64,000 nucleotides of DNA, taken from an uncultured Bacteroidaceae bacterium. GTDB taxonomy: Bacteria > Bacillota > Clostridia > Christensenellales > CAG-917. Within the stretch, counting starts at the first letter, position 1. Each line of letters opens with the position of its first letter. Shown here in pieces: positions 42,328 through 52,939 of the stretch. The stretch covers positions 22,415-86,414 of the forward strand of contig CAZRHE010000002.1 of assembly GCA_964599875.1 (NCBI GenBank), read 5' to 3'. Below the pieces are notes generated by a model. It saw nothing but the letters and a program-made list of their open reading frames with translations. It was not told the DNA's origin and ran no database searches. A program made the position numbers and the translations under genes.

Positions 42328-44835
42328 ATGTCAAACAAAATTATTTTAATAGACGGCAACAGTTTGCTTCATCGCGCCTATCACGCCCTCCCGGGACTCA
42401 AAACCTCGAAGGGTACGTATACGGGCGCGATTTTAGGTTTCTTGCGCCTTACCGCTAAACTTGTCAAAGAGCAAAAACCTACTCATATCGCAGTCGCTTT
42501 CGACCTCAAAGCGCCCACTTTCAGACATAAAATGTTCGACGGCTACAAGGCTACCAGAAAGCCTATGGACGCCGAACTTGCAATGCAGGTCGAACCGCTT
42601 AAAAACATACTATCCGCAATGCGACTTAAAGTCGTGAGCCTCGAGGGTTACGAGGCGGACGATATCCTCGGCACGCTTTCAAAGCGTTTCGACGACGAAA
42701 CCCTCATCGTCACGGGGGATAGGGATAGTTTCCAACTCGTCGGAGAATCTACGCACGTCCTTTGGACGAAAAAAGGGGTGACGGATATCGTGGAAGTCAC
42801 TCCCGAAAGTTTGCTTGCAGACGGTTTCACCGTTGAAAAATTCATCGACTACAAGGCGCTCCGCGGCGACCCGTCCGACAATATCCCCGGCATAAAGGGC
42901 GTGGGCGAAAAGACCGCGAAAGACCTTCTCGACAAATTCGGCAGTCTTGACGAAATCCTCGCGCGTGCGGACGAAATCCCCGGCAAACTCGGCGAGCAAG
43001 TCAAAAACGGAAAGGATATCGCACTCCTTTCCCGCACTCTTGCAACCATAGACCGCGACGTCCCCGTCGAGTGTACTCTCGAGGATATGGCGTTCAATCC
43101 CGTGTTCCCGAAAGAAGTAAAAATCATGCTGCAAGAACTCGAACTAAATTCCATAGTCGCGTCTATGGAATTCGAGGAGGGGGACGCTCCCGCGGCAAGG
43201 GAAAGAGCGGAAGTCGAAAAAGTCGAAATCACCGCAACCGCAGATATCGAAAAGTATATGACGGGGGATTCCGTCGCCGTCCTCATCGGTGACAAAATCT
43301 CGTTTGCCGTCGACGAAAAGAAAGAATACGTGTTGTCTTGCGGAGACGATTTGTTCGCGGATATGACCTTCGACAGCGCGCTCGACGAGGTCAAACGACT
43401 TGTCAAAACCAAAACCCTTATCTGCTACGATTCCAAAGCACTTCGCAAAAATTACGGCGTGGAATCCGAAAAATTCTTCGACGTTATGATTGCGACGCAC
43501 CTCGTGAGAGAAAGTGCACCGATTAAGTCGATAGATGCCGTTCTCGGCGCGGAAGGGCTTGAAATAGGGGCGGCGCAAACATTCTTCTATGCCGCCGAAC
43601 TTAAAGACAAAATCGCAAAAAAGGGACTTGAACGACTGTTTTACGACGTTGAACAGCCACTTTCGGTTGTTCTCGGCAAAATGGAAGAGAGAGGTTTTTC
43701 AGTCGAGGCGGAAAGACTCGACGACCTTAAAGTCAAATATACGAATATTGTGGACGACCTCACGAAACGGATTTACGACGCCGTCGGATTCGAGTTTAAC
43801 GTAGCGTCGCCTAAACAACTCGGCGACGTGCTTTTTGAAAAACTCGGGCTTAAACACGGCAAAAAAACAAAGACGGGTTACAGCGTCGGGGAAGAAGTTT
43901 TGTCGGGGCTCGTATCCGAGCACCCCGTCGTCCCTCTCGTCCTCGAATGGCGAAGATATAATAAACTCCTGTCGACTTACGTCGTCGGACTTCAACCGCT
44001 CGTCAACAGAGGTAAAATCCACACCGAATTCAATCAGTGCATAACTACGACGGGCAGGCTGTCGAGCACCAATCCCAACTTGCAAAATATCCCCGTCCGC
44101 AGCGAAGAATCAAAAGACGTAAAGAGTGCTTTCGTCGCAAGCGGAGATAACGTCCTCGTGTCCGCCGACTACAGTCAAATCGAACTTCGTTTGCTCGCGC
44201 ATTTCAGCGGGGACGAGAAACTCATCGAGGCGTACAACCGCGCGGACGATATTCACGCGCTCACCGCATCACAAATCCTCGGAATCCCCGTGGACGAAAT
44301 CACTCCCGCGCAAAGACGGGACGCAAAGGCGGTCAATTTCGGCATTATCTACGGCATGAGCGACTTCGGGCTTGCGGAAAACCTCGCTATCCCCAAATAT
44401 AAGGCGAAAGAATTTATCGAAAGATATTTCGAAACCTATCCCACCGTCAAAGAATACCTCGACGGAAACGTGGCGTTTGCAAAGGAGCACGGCTATGCGG
44501 TCACTTTGCTCGGCAGAAGAAGAAATTTGTCGGATATAAACGCGTCCAATTATCTCGTGCGCTCGTCCGCTGAAAGAATGGCGAAGAATACTCCCTTGCA
44601 GGGCTCGGCGGCGGATATCATCAAACTCGCTATGCTCGGCGTGGAAAAACGCCTTGAAAACATGAAATCCAAGATGATTTTACAGGTGCACGACGAACTC
44701 ATCATCGACACCGCACCCGACGAAAAAGACGAGGTCGTAAGGATTTTGAAAGAGGAAATGGAAGGCGCGGTTTCTTTGAGAGTACCTCTCATCGCGGACG
44801 CAGTCGTCGGCAAGAAGTGGAGCGACCTCAAATGA
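42328..44835 (+). CDS. polA: DNA polymerase I
   Basis: 5'-nuclease N-terminus ILIDGNSLLHRAYHA, and polymerase motifs DYSQIELRLLAH and QVHDELIID. Confidence 0.96.
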   Translation: MSNKIILIDGNSLLHRAYHALPGLKTSKGTYTGAILGFLRLTAKLVKEQKPTHIAVAFDLKAPTFRHKMFDGYKATRKPMDAELAMQVEPLKNILSAMRLKVVSLEGYEADDILGTLSKRFDDETLIVTGDRDSFQLVGESTHVLWTKKGVTDIVEVTPESLLADGFTVEKFIDYKALRGDPSDNIPGIKGVGEKTAKDLLDKFGSLDEILARADEIPGKLGEQVKNGKDIALLSRTLATIDRDVPVECTLEDMAFNPVFPKEVKIMLQELELNSIVASMEFEEGDAPAARERAEVEKVEITATADIEKYMTGDSVAVLIGDKISFAVDEKKEYVLSCGDDLFADMTFDSALDEVKRLVKTKTLICYDSKALRKNYGVESEKFFDVMIATHLVRESAPIKSIDAVLGAEGLEIGAAQTFFYAAELKDKIAKKGLERLFYDVEQPLSVVLGKMEERGFSVEAERLDDLKVKYTNIVDDLTKRIYDAVGFEFNVASPKQLGDVLFEKLGLKHGKKTKTGYSVGEEVLSGLVSEHPVVPLVLEWRRYNKLLSTYVVGLQPLVNRGKIHTEFNQCITTTGRLSSTNPNLQNIPVRSEESKDVKSAFVASGDNVLVSADYSQIELRLLAHFSGDEKLIEAYNRADDIHALTASQILGIPVDEITPAQRRDAKAVNFGIIYGMSDFGLAENLAIPKYKAKEFIERYFETYPTVKEYLDGNVAFAKEHGYAVTLLGRRRNLSDINASNYLVRSSAERMAKNTPLQGSAADIIKLAMLGVEKRLENMKSKMILQVHDELIIDTAPDEKDEVVRILKEEMEGAVSLRVPLIADAVVGKKWSDLK

Positions 44836-45374
44836 AAATCGCGATTATAGGCGGAATAGGGAGCGGAAAAAGCGCGGTGTTGTCTGTTGCAAAAGCACTC
44901 GGCTATACTACACTGTCCGCGGATGATATAAATCGCGAATTGCTGTCCGACCCCGAATACGTCGAGAAGATAGAAAAAAGATTTCCGTCAGTCGTGAAAA
45001 ACGGCGTCGTGGATAAATCCGCACTCTCCGTTATCGTGTTCTCCGATGAAAACGCAAGGCTTGACCTCAACGCAATCGCTCATCCCGAAATCGGGAAGAG
45101 AATTTTGAGTGCGGGGGATGCGGTCGTAGAGTTGCCGCTTGCGCTCGAGAGCGGCGTTATCGACATCTTCGATGAAATAATCCTCGTCAGGTGCTCCCTC
45201 GATAAGCGTTTGGAACGTCTTGAAAAGAGGGGAGTGGAAAAAGAGCGCGCGTTGAAAATCATCGAGGCGCAAGTCCCCGTGTCCGAACTTGAAAAAGTCG
45301 CGACGAAAATCATCGATAACGACGGCACTATGGAAGAACTCGTAGAGAAAGCAAGTCTCGCACTCAAAAAATAG
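44832..45374 (+). CDS. coaE: dephospho-CoA kinase
   Basis: MKIAIIGGIGSGKSAV P-loop. ATGA overlap with polA. The polA-coaE order is conserved. Confidence 0.9.
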   Translation: MKIAIIGGIGSGKSAVLSVAKALGYTTLSADDINRELLSDPEYVEKIEKRFPSVVKNGVVDKSALSVIVFSDENARLDLNAIAHPEIGKRILSAGDAVVELPLALESGVIDIFDEIILVRCSLDKRLERLEKRGVEKERALKIIEAQVPVSELEKVATKIIDNDGTMEELVEKASLALKK

Positions 45375-45437
45375 ACTTGTTTTTTCGACGCAATTCGATT
45401 ATACTTTAGAAAACAAAACCTTTTAGGGAGATAAATT

Positions 45438-46217
45438 ATGATTACCGGCAAAAAAATCGTACTCACCGGAGCAAACAGCGGTATCGGTCTTGAAACCTTG
45501 AAACTCCTCGTCCAAGGGGACAACAAGATTTTGGCAGTAGACCTCAACGTCAACAATCTGGAATCTTTCGATAAGTCCAAAGTTATCGTTATGCAATGCG
45601 ACGTTTCCACCAAAGAAAACGTGGACCTCATCTTCGCAACCGCAATCGAAAAACTCGGCGCAATCGATATCTTCTACGCAAACGCGGGATTCCCTTACTA
45701 CGAGAAAGTGGACTACGTCAACTGGGAACGCACCGAAAAAATCTTTGCGGTCAACGTATTCTCACCCATCTATTCTTACGAGAAATACGTGGAATATATC
45801 GGCGAAAAGAAAGGCGTATTTGCAATCACCGTTTCCGCAATCGGCAAGATGGCGATGCCCGGCTACGCACTTTACAGCGCAAGCAAATTCGCAATGCAAG
45901 GTTTCCAAGAAGGAATCCGCTACGAGAAAGCGAAAAACGTACAACTCACTTGCCTCTATCCCATCGCTACCGATACGGGATTCTTCAAAAAGGCGGCGGA
46001 AGGCAGTGGCAGAACCATAACCGAGCGTCCTTTCCCCGTGCAAAAACCCGCACACGTCGCAAAATGCATGGTCAAGGGCATAGAGAAAGGCAAAAAATAC
46101 GTCAATCCTTCCAAGTTGTTCGTTATGTCCAGAGTGCTTATGGCGATTTGCCCTCCCGTCAAATGGGCGTATCTCGCACTCGAAAAGAAAAAACTCGCAA
46201 GATATCTTGCAAAATAA
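45438..46217 (+). CDS. SDR-family oxidoreductase
   Basis: TGANSGIG cofactor motif and YSASK catalytic motif. Confidence 0.88.
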   Translation: MITGKKIVLTGANSGIGLETLKLLVQGDNKILAVDLNVNNLESFDKSKVIVMQCDVSTKENVDLIFATAIEKLGAIDIFYANAGFPYYEKVDYVNWERTEKIFAVNVFSPIYSYEKYVEYIGEKKGVFAITVSAIGKMAMPGYALYSASKFAMQGFQEGIRYEKAKNVQLTCLYPIATDTGFFKKAAEGSGRTITERPFPVQKPAHVAKCMVKGIEKGKKYVNPSKLFVMSRVLMAICPPVKWAYLALEKKKLARYLAK

Positions 46218-46231
46218 CAAGTCGAGAATAT

Positions 46232-46266
46232 GCGAGCCGTGCAAAAGCGCGGCTCGTTTTCTTTTA
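46232..46266 (+). terminator. rho-independent terminator
   Basis: CGAGCCGTGC / GCGCGGCTCG stem, AAAA loop, TTTTCTTTT tail. Confidence 0.8.
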
Positions 46267-46383
46267 AAGCCGCTTAACGACAAATTAAATAATTTGTATG
46301 ATTATTTGCTTTTTTGAAAATACGACGTTTATGCGTTTGACTTATTTTTTCCATAAGACTAAAATACCGTGCGAGGCGTAATT

Positions 46384-47778
46384 ATGGAAAAAGATTTAAC
46401 GGTCGGCAAACCGCTTAACGTCATTTGGAAATTCTGTCTGCCGCTTTTCGGCAGTATCATATTTCAGCAACTTTACAACCTTGCGGACAGTTTCGTCGCG
46501 GGCAAATTCATCGGCAACGACGCTCTTGCGGCGGTGGGCAATTCCTATGAAATAACCCTCATTTTCATAGCATTCGCATTCGGGTGCAATATAGGTTGCT
46601 CGGTCATCGTTTCGAGATTATTCGGCGCGAAGAATTTCAGGGATATGAAAACCGCAATTTACACTACTTGGATTTCGGGTAGCGTACTTTGTGCAGTGCT
46701 TATGATTCTCGGCGTCACGTGCGGAGAATTGTTGCTTTCTCTCATCAACACTCCGGATTCCTTGATGGCGGATTCCTTGTTATATCTCGACATTTACGTA
46801 TGGGGACTTCCTTTCGTCTTCTTCTATAACATTTCTACGGGTATTTTCTCGGCGATGGGGGACAGCAAAACGCCGTTTATCTTCCTTGCCGTATCCTCAC
46901 TTGCAAATATCGGGGTGGATATACTTTTCGTCGCGTCCTTCCATATGGGAGTAGCGGGCGTTGCTTGGGCGACCTTTATTTGTCAAGGCGTAAGTTGTCT
47001 TGCGTCCGTCGTAGCGGTGCTGTTTAGACTTCGCAAAATCAAAACGGAGGGCAAAATTCAAGTCTTCTCTTGGCGCATATTCAAGGATATCGCGATTATC
47101 GCGGTGCCCAGCATAATGCAACAGAGTTTCGTGTCCGTCGGCAACCTCATCATTCAAAGCGTCGTCAACTCTTTCGGAGAGGCGGTCATGGCGGGATACG
47201 CCGCAAGCGTCAAACTCAACAACCTCGTCGTCACGTCCTTTACAACACTCGGCAACGGCATATCGAATTACACCTCTCAAAACCTCGGCGCAAACAAAAC
47301 AGAGCGAATTATGCCCGGATTTAAGGCAGGCATGATATTTATTTGGATACTCTGTATCCCTATCGTCGCGCTTTATCTTGCCGCGGGCAAGCCGCTACTT
47401 CTCATATTCCTCGAAGAGGGCGGGGCGGAAGCAATCGAAACGGGACTGAAATTCCTGACCATAGTGTCCCCTTTCTACTTCTTGATAGCGGTGAAAATCA
47501 TCGCGGACGGCGTGTTGCGCGGAGCGGGCAAAATGGTGCGATTCGCTATCACGACCTTTACGGATTTGATTTTGAGAGTCGCGATTGCCGAACTTCTTTA
47601 TAAGCCTCTCGGATACGTCGGCATATGGTGGGCGTGGCCTATCGGTTGGGCGGTCGGCACGGTGCTCTCCGCGATATTCTTCTTTACGACGAAGTGGAGA
47701 GGGTCGCTCCCCGACAACGAATACGTGCGTGAACCGAGAAATCCCGAAGTCCTTAAAGAGCAAAACGAAGTTGCGTAA
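46384..47778 (+). CDS. MATE-family efflux transporter
   Basis: VIWKFCLPLFGSIIFQQLYNLADSFVAGKFIG is a typical MATE N-terminus; 12 TM. Start at ATG 46384 after GAGG. Confidence 0.9.
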   Translation: MEKDLTVGKPLNVIWKFCLPLFGSIIFQQLYNLADSFVAGKFIGNDALAAVGNSYEITLIFIAFAFGCNIGCSVIVSRLFGAKNFRDMKTAIYTTWISGSVLCAVLMILGVTCGELLLSLINTPDSLMADSLLYLDIYVWGLPFVFFYNISTGIFSAMGDSKTPFIFLAVSSLANIGVDILFVASFHMGVAGVAWATFICQGVSCLASVVAVLFRLRKIKTEGKIQVFSWRIFKDIAIIAVPSIMQQSFVSVGNLIIQSVVNSFGEAVMAGYAASVKLNNLVVTSFTTLGNGISNYTSQNLGANKTERIMPGFKAGMIFIWILCIPIVALYLAAGKPLLLIFLEEGGAEAIETGLKFLTIVSPFYFLIAVKIIADGVLRGAGKMVRFAITTFTDLILRVAIAELLYKPLGYVGIWWAWPIGWAVGTVLSAIFFFTTKWRGSLPDNEYVREPRNPEVLKEQNEVA

Positions 47779-47782
47779 ACTA

Positions 47783-47825
47783 TTGACAAATTTTTATAGA
47801 GGTTATATAATCTAACCCAGTTAGA
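47783..47825 (+). promoter_or_regulatory. marR promoter with overlapping palindromic operator
   Basis: TTGACA (47783-47788), 17 nt, TATAAT (47806-47811). The palindrome TCTAAC-CCA-GTTAGA (47811-47825) abuts the -10. Confidence 0.65.
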
Positions 47826-47842
47826 TATCTGCGAGGTGAATT

Positions 47843-48283
47843 ATGGCGACCGAGAAACAAATCGAATACGTTGTAAATGCATTGGAAAATTCTCATATCG
47901 ACGAATTTTTGGGTCACCTTAACGGAGCGAAAGAGGGCGTAGGTTTCGTGCTCAAAATTTTGAACGAAAGCGGAAGTCCTTTGACCGCGGGGGATATCAG
48001 CGAAAAAATGAGCGTCAGCACGGCAAGAGTTGCGGTGCTTTTGCAAAAAATGCTCAAAAAAGACCTCATCGTCAAAAAGGCGGACGAAAAAGACGGACGA
48101 GTTACTATCGTCGAGTTGACCGCGCACGGCAAGGACGTCGCACTCTCCATGCAGTCGGAGATGAAAAAACACGTATCCGCAGTCATCGACGGGGTAGGAA
48201 TGGAAAAAATCATTGCGTTTATCGCACTTGCGTCGGAAATCGAGGAAGTCGCAAGGACGAATATCGACGTGAGTGAAATATAA
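47843..48283 (+). CDS. MarR-family transcriptional regulator
   Basis: 146 aa. The wHTH region LTAGDISEKMSVSTARVAVLLQKMLKKDLIVKKADEKDGRVTIVELT is typical of MarR. Confidence 0.88.
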   Translation: MATEKQIEYVVNALENSHIDEFLGHLNGAKEGVGFVLKILNESGSPLTAGDISEKMSVSTARVAVLLQKMLKKDLIVKKADEKDGRVTIVELTAHGKDVALSMQSEMKKHVSAVIDGVGMEKIIAFIALASEIEEVARTNIDVSEI

Positions 48284-48290
48284 AAAGAAT

Positions 48291-48319
48291 TGCGTTTTTG
48301 AAAACGCTTATTTTTTACG
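48291..48319 (+). terminator. weak terminator/attenuator after marR
   Basis: GCGTTT / AAACGC stem (6 bp, TTGA loop) followed by TTATTTTTT. Confidence 0.5.
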
Positions 48320-48325
48320 GAATTA

Positions 48326-48340
48326 TCTAACCCAGTTAGA
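48326..48340 (+). promoter_or_regulatory. second copy of the MarR-type operator upstream of the HXXEE/ABC operon
   Basis: Exact repeat of TCTAACCCAGTTAGA, 24 nt upstream of ATG 48364. Confidence 0.65.
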
Positions 48341-48363
48341 AATATATTTCAAAGGAGAATAGT

Positions 48364-49218
48364 ATGAACTTTTGGTATTGGTTTGTAGGCACGGGTTGGC
48401 TTTACCTGATGGTCGGGATAGGGTTGTTTCTATCCGTATGGCTTGCGGTGAAGTGGAAAAAACTCGATTGGTGCAATAGGCTCGGTACGATTGCTATAAT
48501 AGTGCTCGTATTTCACGTTTGGGAAGAGTGGGTTATGCCCGGCGGATTCCATTATATATACAATGAAAATTCCGCCTTGCCCGACCGCTATCCCATGAGT
48601 CAGATTACGGATATGATAACAAACCTCGGCGGAGCGATAGTAGGCGTTATCGTGCTTTTCGTATGGGGACTGAACACGGGTGCGGGAATCGCGATATCTC
48701 TCTTCAGTTTATTCGAGGCGGTGATACATATAGTGCTTGCTTCAAAGTCACTTGCCGCTTTCGGAGATATGGGGCAGACGGCGTTTTACGCACCGGGACT
48801 TAACACCGCGCTTTTCGGATTTTTGCCCGTTGCGATTGCGTACCTTTTGTATTTCATTTTCCATAAACCGAAGCCTAACGTTAAGCAATGGTGCGGTGCA
48901 ATCGTAGCCTTGCTGTTGTTGTCTTTCTTGCTCGTGAACTTGCCCGAAATGGTGTTGAAGTCAGAGGACAGTCCCTACGTTTTCCCGACGCACGGCTACT
49001 ACGACCAATTTTTGAACGGCACGGCGACGAGCGGTTTAAGCGGCGGCACGATAGGCACTATAATCATAGGCTGTGCGCTGATTGCGGGGATTATCGGCGT
49101 ATGCATTTACTATTTCGGCGTCAAGAAAAAGACGATGAAAGACGTAGCGGCGTATTTGCGTGGAGTATTCAATCCGCAAATCGAAAATTCGGAGAGCGTG
49201 GAAAATGCTGACGATTAG
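48364..49218 (+). CDS. HXXEE-domain membrane protein
   Basis: FHVWEEWVMPGGFH carries the H-x-x-E-E motif. About 7 TM segments. Confidence 0.7.
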   Translation: MNFWYWFVGTGWLYLMVGIGLFLSVWLAVKWKKLDWCNRLGTIAIIVLVFHVWEEWVMPGGFHYIYNENSALPDRYPMSQITDMITNLGGAIVGVIVLFVWGLNTGAGIAISLFSLFEAVIHIVLASKSLAAFGDMGQTAFYAPGLNTALFGFLPVAIAYLLYFIFHKPKPNVKQWCGAIVALLLLSFLLVNLPEMVLKSEDSPYVFPTHGYYDQFLNGTATSGLSGGTIGTIIIGCALIAGIIGVCIYYFGVKKKTMKDVAAYLRGVFNPQIENSESVENADD

Positions 49219-51505
49219 GAATATTACTAAAAACTACGGTAGTGGTCAAGAAACGACGAAAGCACTAAAAGGCGTGAATCTTGATTTTTCCGAAAACGGT
49301 TTAACAGCCGTGCTCGGTCCGTCCGGGTGTGGCAAAACGACCTTGCTTAATATCATCGGCGGGCTTGACAAGTATACGGACGGCGACCTGCTGATAGACG
49401 GAAAAACCACGAAAGAGTTTAAGGATAGCGACTGGGACGCGTACAGAAATGCGAAAATAGGTTTCGTGTTTCAAAGTTATAATCTGATTCCGCATTTGTC
49501 GATTTTGGAAAACGTCGCTATGGCACTATCGCTATCGGGAGTTTCGGCAAAAGAGAGAAGGGAAAAGTCGAAAGAGGCTTTGGCTGCCGTAGGATTGTCC
49601 GAGCACCTCGAAAAGAAGCCTAATCAACTTTCGGGCGGACAAATGCAACGCGTAGCCATTGCGCGCGCTCTCGTCAACAATCCGTCGATTATTTTGGCGG
49701 ACGAGCCGACTGGCGCACTCGACAGCGCGACGAGCGTTCAAGTGATGGAGATTTTGAAAGAAGTTTCCGAAACTCGCCTCGTAATTATGGTCACGCACAA
49801 TCGAGAACTCGCGGACAAATATAGCGACAGAATAATCGAAATGAGGGACGGACTCGTCATAAACGACAGTAATCCGCTTCCCGAAAATGCTTCGGAAAAC
49901 ATCGAAAAAATGTTGAATAAGCATACGAAAATGTCTTTTCGCACCGCACTTTCGTCCTCTTTCAAAAACCTGCTTTCGAAAAAAGTTCGGACGATTCTCA
50001 TATCCGTTGCGGGGTCGATAGGCATCGTGGGTGTCGCGCTTGTACTTGCGATTTCAAACGGAATGACGATGTTTTTGGATAAAACCGAAAAGGATACGCT
50101 TTCGGGATTTCCTTTGAGCGTAAGCCAAACGGTCGCGGCGGATTTCACTATGCCCGACGGAAATATGAACACGGGTACTTTCCCGACCGACAACGTATTC
50201 CATGCGTACGATAAAAGCGGTTCGACAACTTTGCACGTAAACAAAATAACCGACGAATATTTGGATTACGTAGCAAAGACGGACGAATCGTATTATAGTG
50301 CGATCGAATACAATTACGCCATAAGCAAAAACGTGGTCAGTCGCGCGGACGACGGAAGTTATAAACTCGTGGATACTTCGATTAGCAGTTCGGACATTTT
50401 TTCGACGACGAGCGTGTTTTCGGAAATGCCGAACAATAGAGAGTTTATCGAAAGTCAATACGATTTGTTGGCGGGCAAGTATCCGACGGAGTACGGCGAA
50501 TTGGCTCTCGTCGTAGATAAAAACAACAGAATAGACACCACGATTTTGGAACAATTCGGAATTACTATTGCGGATGATTATCGTCCCGACGACTTATTGG
50601 GACGCAGTTTCAAAATTGTCTTGAACGACGACTTTTACGTGAAAAAATCCGACGGTTTTTACGTGGCGGGTAACGATTACGAGGCTATGTATAATTCCGA
50701 AAATTCTTTGACGATAAGTATAACCGCGATTATGAGAGTCAAAGAAAGTTCTTCGAGCGAATTGCTTGCGACCGGCGTGAATTATACCACGGCTTTGACG
50801 AAGAAATTGTTGTCCGAAAACAAGGAATCCGAAATCGTCGTGGCTCAAGAACAAAATCCTTCTATAAACGTATTGACGGGGGCGCCGTTTTTCGGGCAAA
50901 TCACGTATGAATCCGTGATGAGAGCGATAGGCGGGGACGCCACTCCCGTCGGAATCAGGATATATCCGAAAAACTTCGAGGACAAGGCGAAAATCAAATC
51001 CTATCTCGACGAATACAACAAAGATAAATCCGAAGAGGATAAGATAATTTATACGGATGCGTCCGAAACGATGTCGCAGACGATATCGTCGATGGTGGAC
51101 ACCGTATCCGTCATATTGATCGCGTTTGCGGCAATATCCCTCGTGGTTTCCACCGTGATGATAGGCATAATAACCTACGTATCCGTCGTGGAAAGGACGA
51201 AAGAAATCGGAATCATGCGGGCGATAGGGGCGCGCAAGAGAGATATCACGCGGATTTTCAATGCGGAAACGATAATCATCGGCCTCGCGTCAGGCGTCTT
51301 GGGAGTGATATTGACATATATTCTGAGTATCCCCGCATCTTCGATTATTTCAAAAACCGTGGGCGTCGAATTTACCGTTTTGCTGCAACCTTATTGGGCA
51401 ATCGCACTTATCGGAATAAGCGTTTTGCTCACGTTGATTGCAGGCTTTTTCCCGTCGAGAATCGCGGCTAAAAAGGACCCTGTCGTCGCTCTGCGGACGG
51501 AGTGA
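49205..51505 (+). CDS. fused ABC ATPase + FtsX/MacB-type permease
   Basis: [17 protein letters not shown] and [11 protein letters not shown] in the N-terminal half. The C-terminal FtsX-like 4-TM part has a large extracytoplasmic domain. ATG 49205 overlaps the upstream gene by 14 nt. Confidence 0.88.
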   Translation: MLTIRNITKNYGSGQETTKALKGVNLDFSENGLTAVLGPSGCGKTTLLNIIGGLDKYTDGDLLIDGKTTKEFKDSDWDAYRNAKIGFVFQSYNLIPHLSILENVAMALSLSGVSAKERREKSKEALAAVGLSEHLEKKPNQLSGGQMQRVAIARALVNNPSIILADEPTGALDSATSVQVMEILKEVSETRLVIMVTHNRELADKYSDRIIEMRDGLVINDSNPLPENASENIEKMLNKHTKMSFRTALSSSFKNLLSKKVRTILISVAGSIGIVGVALVLAISNGMTMFLDKTEKDTLSGFPLSVSQTVAADFTMPDGNMNTGTFPTDNVFHAYDKSGSTTLHVNKITDEYLDYVAKTDESYYSAIEYNYAISKNVVSRADDGSYKLVDTSISSSDIFSTTSVFSEMPNNREFIESQYDLLAGKYPTEYGELALVVDKNNRIDTTILEQFGITIADDYRPDDLLGRSFKIVLNDDFYVKKSDGFYVAGNDYEAMYNSENSLTISITAIMRVKESSSSELLATGVNYTTALTKKLLSENKESEIVVAQEQNPSINVLTGAPFFGQITYESVMRAIGGDATPVGIRIYPKNFEDKAKIKSYLDEYNKDKSEEDKIIYTDASETMSQTISSMVDTVSVILIAFAAISLVVSTVMIGIITYVSVVERTKEIGIMRAIGARKRDITRIFNAETIIIGLASGVLGVILTYILSIPASSIISKTVGVEFTVLLQPYWAIALIGISVLLTLIAGFFPSRIAAKKDPVVALRTE

Positions 51506-51541
51506 GGACGATATTCAAACAAAATGCAAACGTCTAACCAA

Positions 51542-51567
51542 AAAGAGTCGCGATTTTGCGACTCTTT
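51542..51567. terminator. bidirectional terminator
   Basis: AAGAGTCGC / GCGACTCTT 9-bp stem with flanking A and T runs, between convergent genes. Confidence 0.8.
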
Positions 51568-51628
51568 TCATAATCGATATTTTATCGTGTAGTTTTACGA
51601 TGATAAACCGCTTGTTTCGACGGTTGGT

Positions 51629-52939
51629 TTATTTTATCACATTCACGTCGTCAATGCCGTAATAGGCAAGGGCGTCTATCGCGTTTCTTGAAAGTCGCTC
51701 TCCGCATATCGCGATAGGCACGGCGGGAGGGCAGGATAGCGTCAGCCCTGCAAGCACTCTTCCTTCCGCGTTTTTCGACGAGATTTTTTCGGACGGGGAG
51801 AAAACCGCTTCCCGCACGGACAAAACTTTTTCTCCTTGCGCGGGTTTAGGGCAAGGAGCGAGGATCGCGGACTTTTTAGGCAAGGCGCAAAGTGCGTCGA
51901 GGAGTGCGTTTAAGTCGTCGGGGGTGTTACAAGGGGATATCATCACGGTGAGAAAATCTTTGTCCGCAAATTCGACGACGATATTTTTTTCGTTGAGCGC
52001 ACTCGCGATTTCGGTACCGAGATAGCCATAGGGCTTTGCGGATATCGTGATTTTCAAAGGCTCGTTTCCGACGAGAATATGTCCCTTTTCGTTAAGTGCG
52101 ATTTTGACTTTTTCGGTCGCTTGTACCGTGGATTGCAATTTTGTCTTGAAGTCGTCCGCTTTTCCGTTGAATTCGTCCAAGGAGGACAACAGCAAATAAG
52201 ACGGACTGGTGGATGCAAACAGCGACAGCGCATTATTAAGATTCTCCGCAAAAAAGGTAGGCGCGCTTTTTGAGATGTGCACGTAGGCGGTCCCCGTAAG
52301 GCAGGGGAGAGTTTTGTGTGCAGAGTCCACGACTATATCCGCGCCGAGTGCAATAGGATGACGGGATTCGGATAAGAAATTAAGATACGCGCCGTGTGCG
52401 TCGTCAACGACGAGGAGCGCGCCGTACTTGTGACAAATATCCGCAAATTTCGACACGTCGGCGATATTACCGAGATAATCGGGAGAGGTGAGATAAAACG
52501 CCGTTGCATCCGTGTGGTTAAGTGCGTCGTCGAGAATTTCGGGCGTGACGGAGGAGGATATGATTTCATCGTCCTTTCCGTACAGCCAGTCGGGGCTGAC
52601 GTCCGAGAGCGCACAAGCGGATATGAAAGTCGAATGTACGTTTCTTGCCGCAATTACGACGGGGTTTTTGCCGATTGACTTTGCGTAAGTCGCGACGAGA
52701 TACACCGCCGCACGTATGCCGAGGGAAGAGCCTTCGACGGAGTATGCGGTTTTTGCGGTGCCGAAAATCTCCGCCGCGTTTTTTTCGCTTTCCGCGATTA
52801 TGCCGTGCGGAGAGTATAAGACGTCCGCGCCGTCCACTTCGGTGATATCGTAGGGGTTGACTTTCCCTTTATGTCCCGGCATGTGTAGGCGGACGACGCC
52901 GTCGTACGATTTCAAAAAGTCTAAAATCGGGGTGTTCAT
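51629..52939 (-). CDS. PLP-dependent Orn/Lys/Arg decarboxylase-family protein
   Basis: LHMPGHKG near the N-terminus and DSAHKTLP (PLP-lysine motif) are typical of the family. ATG 52939 overlaps the maturase stop (ATGA). Confidence 0.8.
   Translation of the reverse strand: MNTPILDFLKSYDGVVRLHMPGHKGKVNPYDITEVDGADVLYSPHGIIAESEKNAAEIFGTAKTAYSVEGSSLGIRAAVYLVATYAKSIGKNPVVIAARNVHSTFISACALSDVSPDWLYGKDDEIISSSVTPEILDDALNHTDATAFYLTSPDYLGNIADVSKFADICHKYGALLVVDDAHGAYLNFLSESRHPIALGADIVVDSAHKTLPCLTGTAYVHISKSAPTFFAENLNNALSLFASTSPSYLLLSSLDEFNGKADDFKTKLQSTVQATEKVKIALNEKGHILVGNEPLKITISAKPYGYLGTEIASALNEKNIVVEFADKDFLTVMISPCNTPDDLNALLDALCALPKKSAILAPCPKPAQGEKVLSVREAVFSPSEKISSKNAEGRVLAGLTLSCPPAVPIAICGERLSRNAIDALAYYGIDDVNVIK

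Noticed and set aside
45596-46267. 223-aa Arg-rich ORF overlapping the SDR gene in another frame. Similar Arg-rich alternative-frame ORFs occur elsewhere, for example 11914..12276 and 25020..25427.
   Set aside because: The composition is typical of off-frame translation of genuine genes. There is no RBS and no motif. The SDR frame carries the TGxxxGIG and YxxxK motifs.
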